This document shows, one piece after another, positions 62,191 to 64,000 of a DNA stretch of 64,000 nt; position 1 is the first letter of the stretch, and every line of letters begins with the position of its first letter. This stretch comes from Myxococcales bacterium (lineage in GTDB: Bacteria; Myxococcota_A; Polyangia; Polyangiales; Houyiibacteriaceae): NCBI GenBank assembly GCA_029862185.1, contig JAOTXX010000012.1, positions 1,787 to 65,786 of the forward strand. The letters are read 5' to 3'. Made by a program: the position numbers and the translations under genes. Under the pieces are notes generated by a model. It saw nothing but the letters and a program-made list of their open reading frames with translations, ran no database searches and was not told the DNA's origin.

Positions 62191-64000
62191 ATGTCGAAAC
62201 CGATCTCACATCGACGATCCCACGCTCTACTGGCCGGTATGCTTGGTTTCATCGCGCTTCAAACTGGCTTTACCTGCGAGCCGACTCACGCGGCGAGGCT
62301 GTCCGACCTGACGGTCGAGGTGCGGGGTGCGCCCCGTGCCTTCGGCTTCGAACCGGCGGTCCGGGCCTACGACGTGCCCGTGCTCGATCGCGTGGCCACC
62401 ATCGAGGCGAGGGGCCGGGACAGTGATGCAAGGATCGAATGGTCCCTGGGAGAGGCGACCGGTGTCGTTGGCAGCGGCGCGGCCCTGGAGCTAGAGATTG
62501 AGCTCGTGCCGGGGAGGCAGGTGCTTCTCCTCACGGTCCGCGCGTACGGTCGCAAGCCGGGGTCATACTCGCTTGAGCTCAACTATGTCGATGACGAACG
62601 GGCATGCGTTGACCAGACCGATTGCGAGGCGGGGCAGGCGTGTAGTTACGTTCATCCCGTCGGCTGTTTCGTCGGCGGATTCGGCGGCTGCGTCGAGATG
62701 GATCAAGATTGCGAGGGAAGCGCCTCACCGGTCTGCGGTTGTGACGGGCTCACCTACCCATCGCGGTGCGACCTCCTACGCTCCGGGGTTGCCCTCGCTT
62801 ATGTCGGCGAATGCGTTTGCTCCTCGGATGCCGACTGCGCGGAGGATGAGTACTGTGATGCTCGGAGCTGTCACGGTCCGGGGCATTGCGTCGCTCGTCC
62901 TGCAAGCTGCGAGCCCGGCGACGGCCCCGTCCCTGGCTGCTACGGATTCGAGTACGAAAGCGAGTGCGCTGCGGCAGCCGCGGGCCAGCGCGTGCTTCTC
63001 GCGGGTGGTCGGGACACGCCGCCGTCTCCCTATCTCTTCATGTATTTCGGCAAGGAAGCAGGGAGCGAGACCAACGAGCTCTTCACGAGCCGACCCGGCA
63101 TGCTCGGTGCCACCCGTGTGAATCAGCCGCTCGAGGACGCGCATGTCGCGTTCGCGCAATGGAGCCCAAAAGGGTCCGACATCGCGTATTCCGTGCTGAA
63201 CGACCCTTACTCCATTTGTGGTCACTGTCCGAAAGAGCTGTTCACCGCGCGCCCGGACGGTACCGAACGAAACAAGGTCAACCTCCCGTTCGGAGAGGGC
63301 GGCCGGGTCGAGGGCTTTCTCTACGCCCCCGACGGAGAGCACATCGCGTATCGCTTCAAGGCCGACCGCAACAACCTGAGCGAGCTCTATCTCGTGACGC
63401 CCAACGGTTCGGAGACCGCGAGCGCCCACGGGCCATTGGGCTTCGGTGAGTACATCAACGAATTCTATTGGAGCCCGGACGGCAAGCGGGTCGCCTACGC
63501 CTTCGGAAGCACACCCGAGAACTCCAAAGCGATCTACACCAACTCGGCCGACGGGACGGACCGCCGCCTCGTCACTCGCCGTGAGCCGGAGGTACGCGCC
63601 CAGGTGATGGTGTGGAGCCCGGACTCGAAGTGGCTCGCCTACATCGAAAGCGACCCAGGCAAGACCATCTCGGAGCTGTTCTCCGGAGCAGCAGACGGCT
63701 CCGGGTACCACAAGTTGAATGGTCCGTTGGTAGAAGGGTCGGAGGGAATTCGCGGTTTGTACTACAAGTGGAGCCCCGACAGCTCGCGGATAATGTATCG
63801 CGCCGAGCAAGATGACCCTCATGTTCGCCACTTGTACACGAGCCGCCCGGACGGCTCGGACAATCAACGGATCGGCCAGCCCGACAGGTATGCGTACAGC
63901 CGGGACTATCAATGGAGCCCCGACGGCTCGCTGATTGCGTATTTCGGATACGAGGATGGCGAGCGCGGGCTCTTTTTCGCCGATCCGGATGGTTCCGAGC
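62191..64000 (+). CDS. secreted multidomain protein: cadherin-like beta-sandwich, Kazal-like Cys-rich modules, PD40/TolB-like beta-propeller repeats (3' end beyond window)
   Basis: Hand translation. The frame stays open for 603 codons to the window edge and is not in the ORF track because no stop is reached. Signal-like HRRSHALLAGMLGFIALQTGFTC. Kazal-like SPVCGCDGLTYPSRCDLLRSGVALAYVGEC. Repeated WSPDG..(I/V)AY PD40 motifs. Confidence 0.8.
   Translation, partial: MSKPISHRRSHALLAGMLGFIALQTGFTCEPTHAARLSDLTVEVRGAPRAFGFEPAVRAYDVPVLDRVATIEARGRDSDARIEWSLGEATGVVGSGAALELEIELVPGRQVLLLTVRAYGRKPGSYSLELNYVDDERACVDQTDCEAGQACSYVHPVGCFVGGFGGCVEMDQDCEGSASPVCGCDGLTYPSRCDLLRSGVALAYVGECVCSSDADCAEDEYCDARSCHGPGHCVARPASCEPGDGPVPGCYGFEYESECAAAAAGQRVLLAGGRDTPPSPYLFMYFGKEAGSETNELFTSRPGMLGATRVNQPLEDAHVAFAQWSPKGSDIAYSVLNDPYSICGHCPKELFTARPDGTERNKVNLPFGEGGRVEGFLYAPDGEHIAYRFKADRNNLSELYLVTPNGSETASAHGPLGFGEYINEFYWSPDGKRVAYAFGSTPENSKAIYTNSADGTDRRLVTRREPEVRAQVMVWSPDSKWLAYIESDPGKTISELFSGAADGSGYHKLNGPLVEGSEGIRGLYYKWSPDSSRIMYRAEQDDPHVRHLYTSRPDGSDNQRIGQPDRYAYSRDYQWSPDGSLIAYFGYEDGERGLFFADPDGSE

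Noticed and set aside
62776-63912. 378-aa minus-strand ORF, together with the plus-strand alternate frames 62498..63121 and 62886..63449
   Set aside because: They overlap the unlisted plus-strand ORF starting at 62191. That ORF has signal, Kazal-like and PD40 motifs and stays open to the window edge. The listed ORFs show no motifs.

Overview
GC-rich, gene-dense bacterial chromosomal segment. The gene content looks Myxococcota/deltaproteobacterial: Bat-operon tail, NtrC-type sigma-54 activator, FHA/TPR protein, OmpA with thrombospondin-type-3 repeats, Kazal/PD40 and cadherin-like lipoproteins. That assignment is inference only. All product calls come from reading motifs in the translated ORFs; no database search was run.

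I support about 56 protein-coding genes. There is no rRNA, no intact tRNA, no CRISPR array and no transposase or integrase.

Layout:
- 0-21 kb: housekeeping and metabolism (BatD/E tail, CheY-like regulator, two SurA/parvulin PPIases, crotonase, LLM oxidoreductase, LuxR, acyl-CoA dehydrogenase, CPA2 antiporter, mfd, HEAT protein, App1-like phosphatase, UPF0262, gor, cysH, metallophosphoesterase, PA0069-type radical SAM).
- 20.0-35.5 kb: the centrepiece. An NtrC-family sigma-54 activator gene is followed by a complete, translationally coupled type II secretion cluster (gspC-D-E-F, an extra GspG paralogue, gspG-H-I-J-K-L-M-N). Near-consensus -24/-12 promoters sit in front of both the activator gene and gspC.
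- 35.6-50.7 kb: RpoH-like sigma, rsmI, a GH15 gene with two tandem degenerate histidine kinases, an M50 protease, and an FHA / OmpA-TSP3 operon, then mtnP and a PfkB kinase.
- 50.8-64 kb: looks accessory. It holds a lipoprotein gene with a 354-bp tandem duplication, a decayed MscS/Dps stress operon, and a 1424-aa membrane protein that is an internal head-to-tail duplication. It also holds two ~172-bp direct repeats starting with a tRNA T-arm-like fragment that bracket a frameshifted PI-PLC gene, a hexanucleotide microsatellite, and a large ORF running off the right edge that the ORF track omits.

A twin AATTACGTAT box with identical 21-bp phasing occurs at two distant AT-rich islands. One copy sits in front of an ORF-less ~100-nt segment ending in a perfect intrinsic terminator, a candidate sRNA. 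Many long ORFs in the track are antisense or alternate-frame shadows typical of GC-rich DNA and were rejected.
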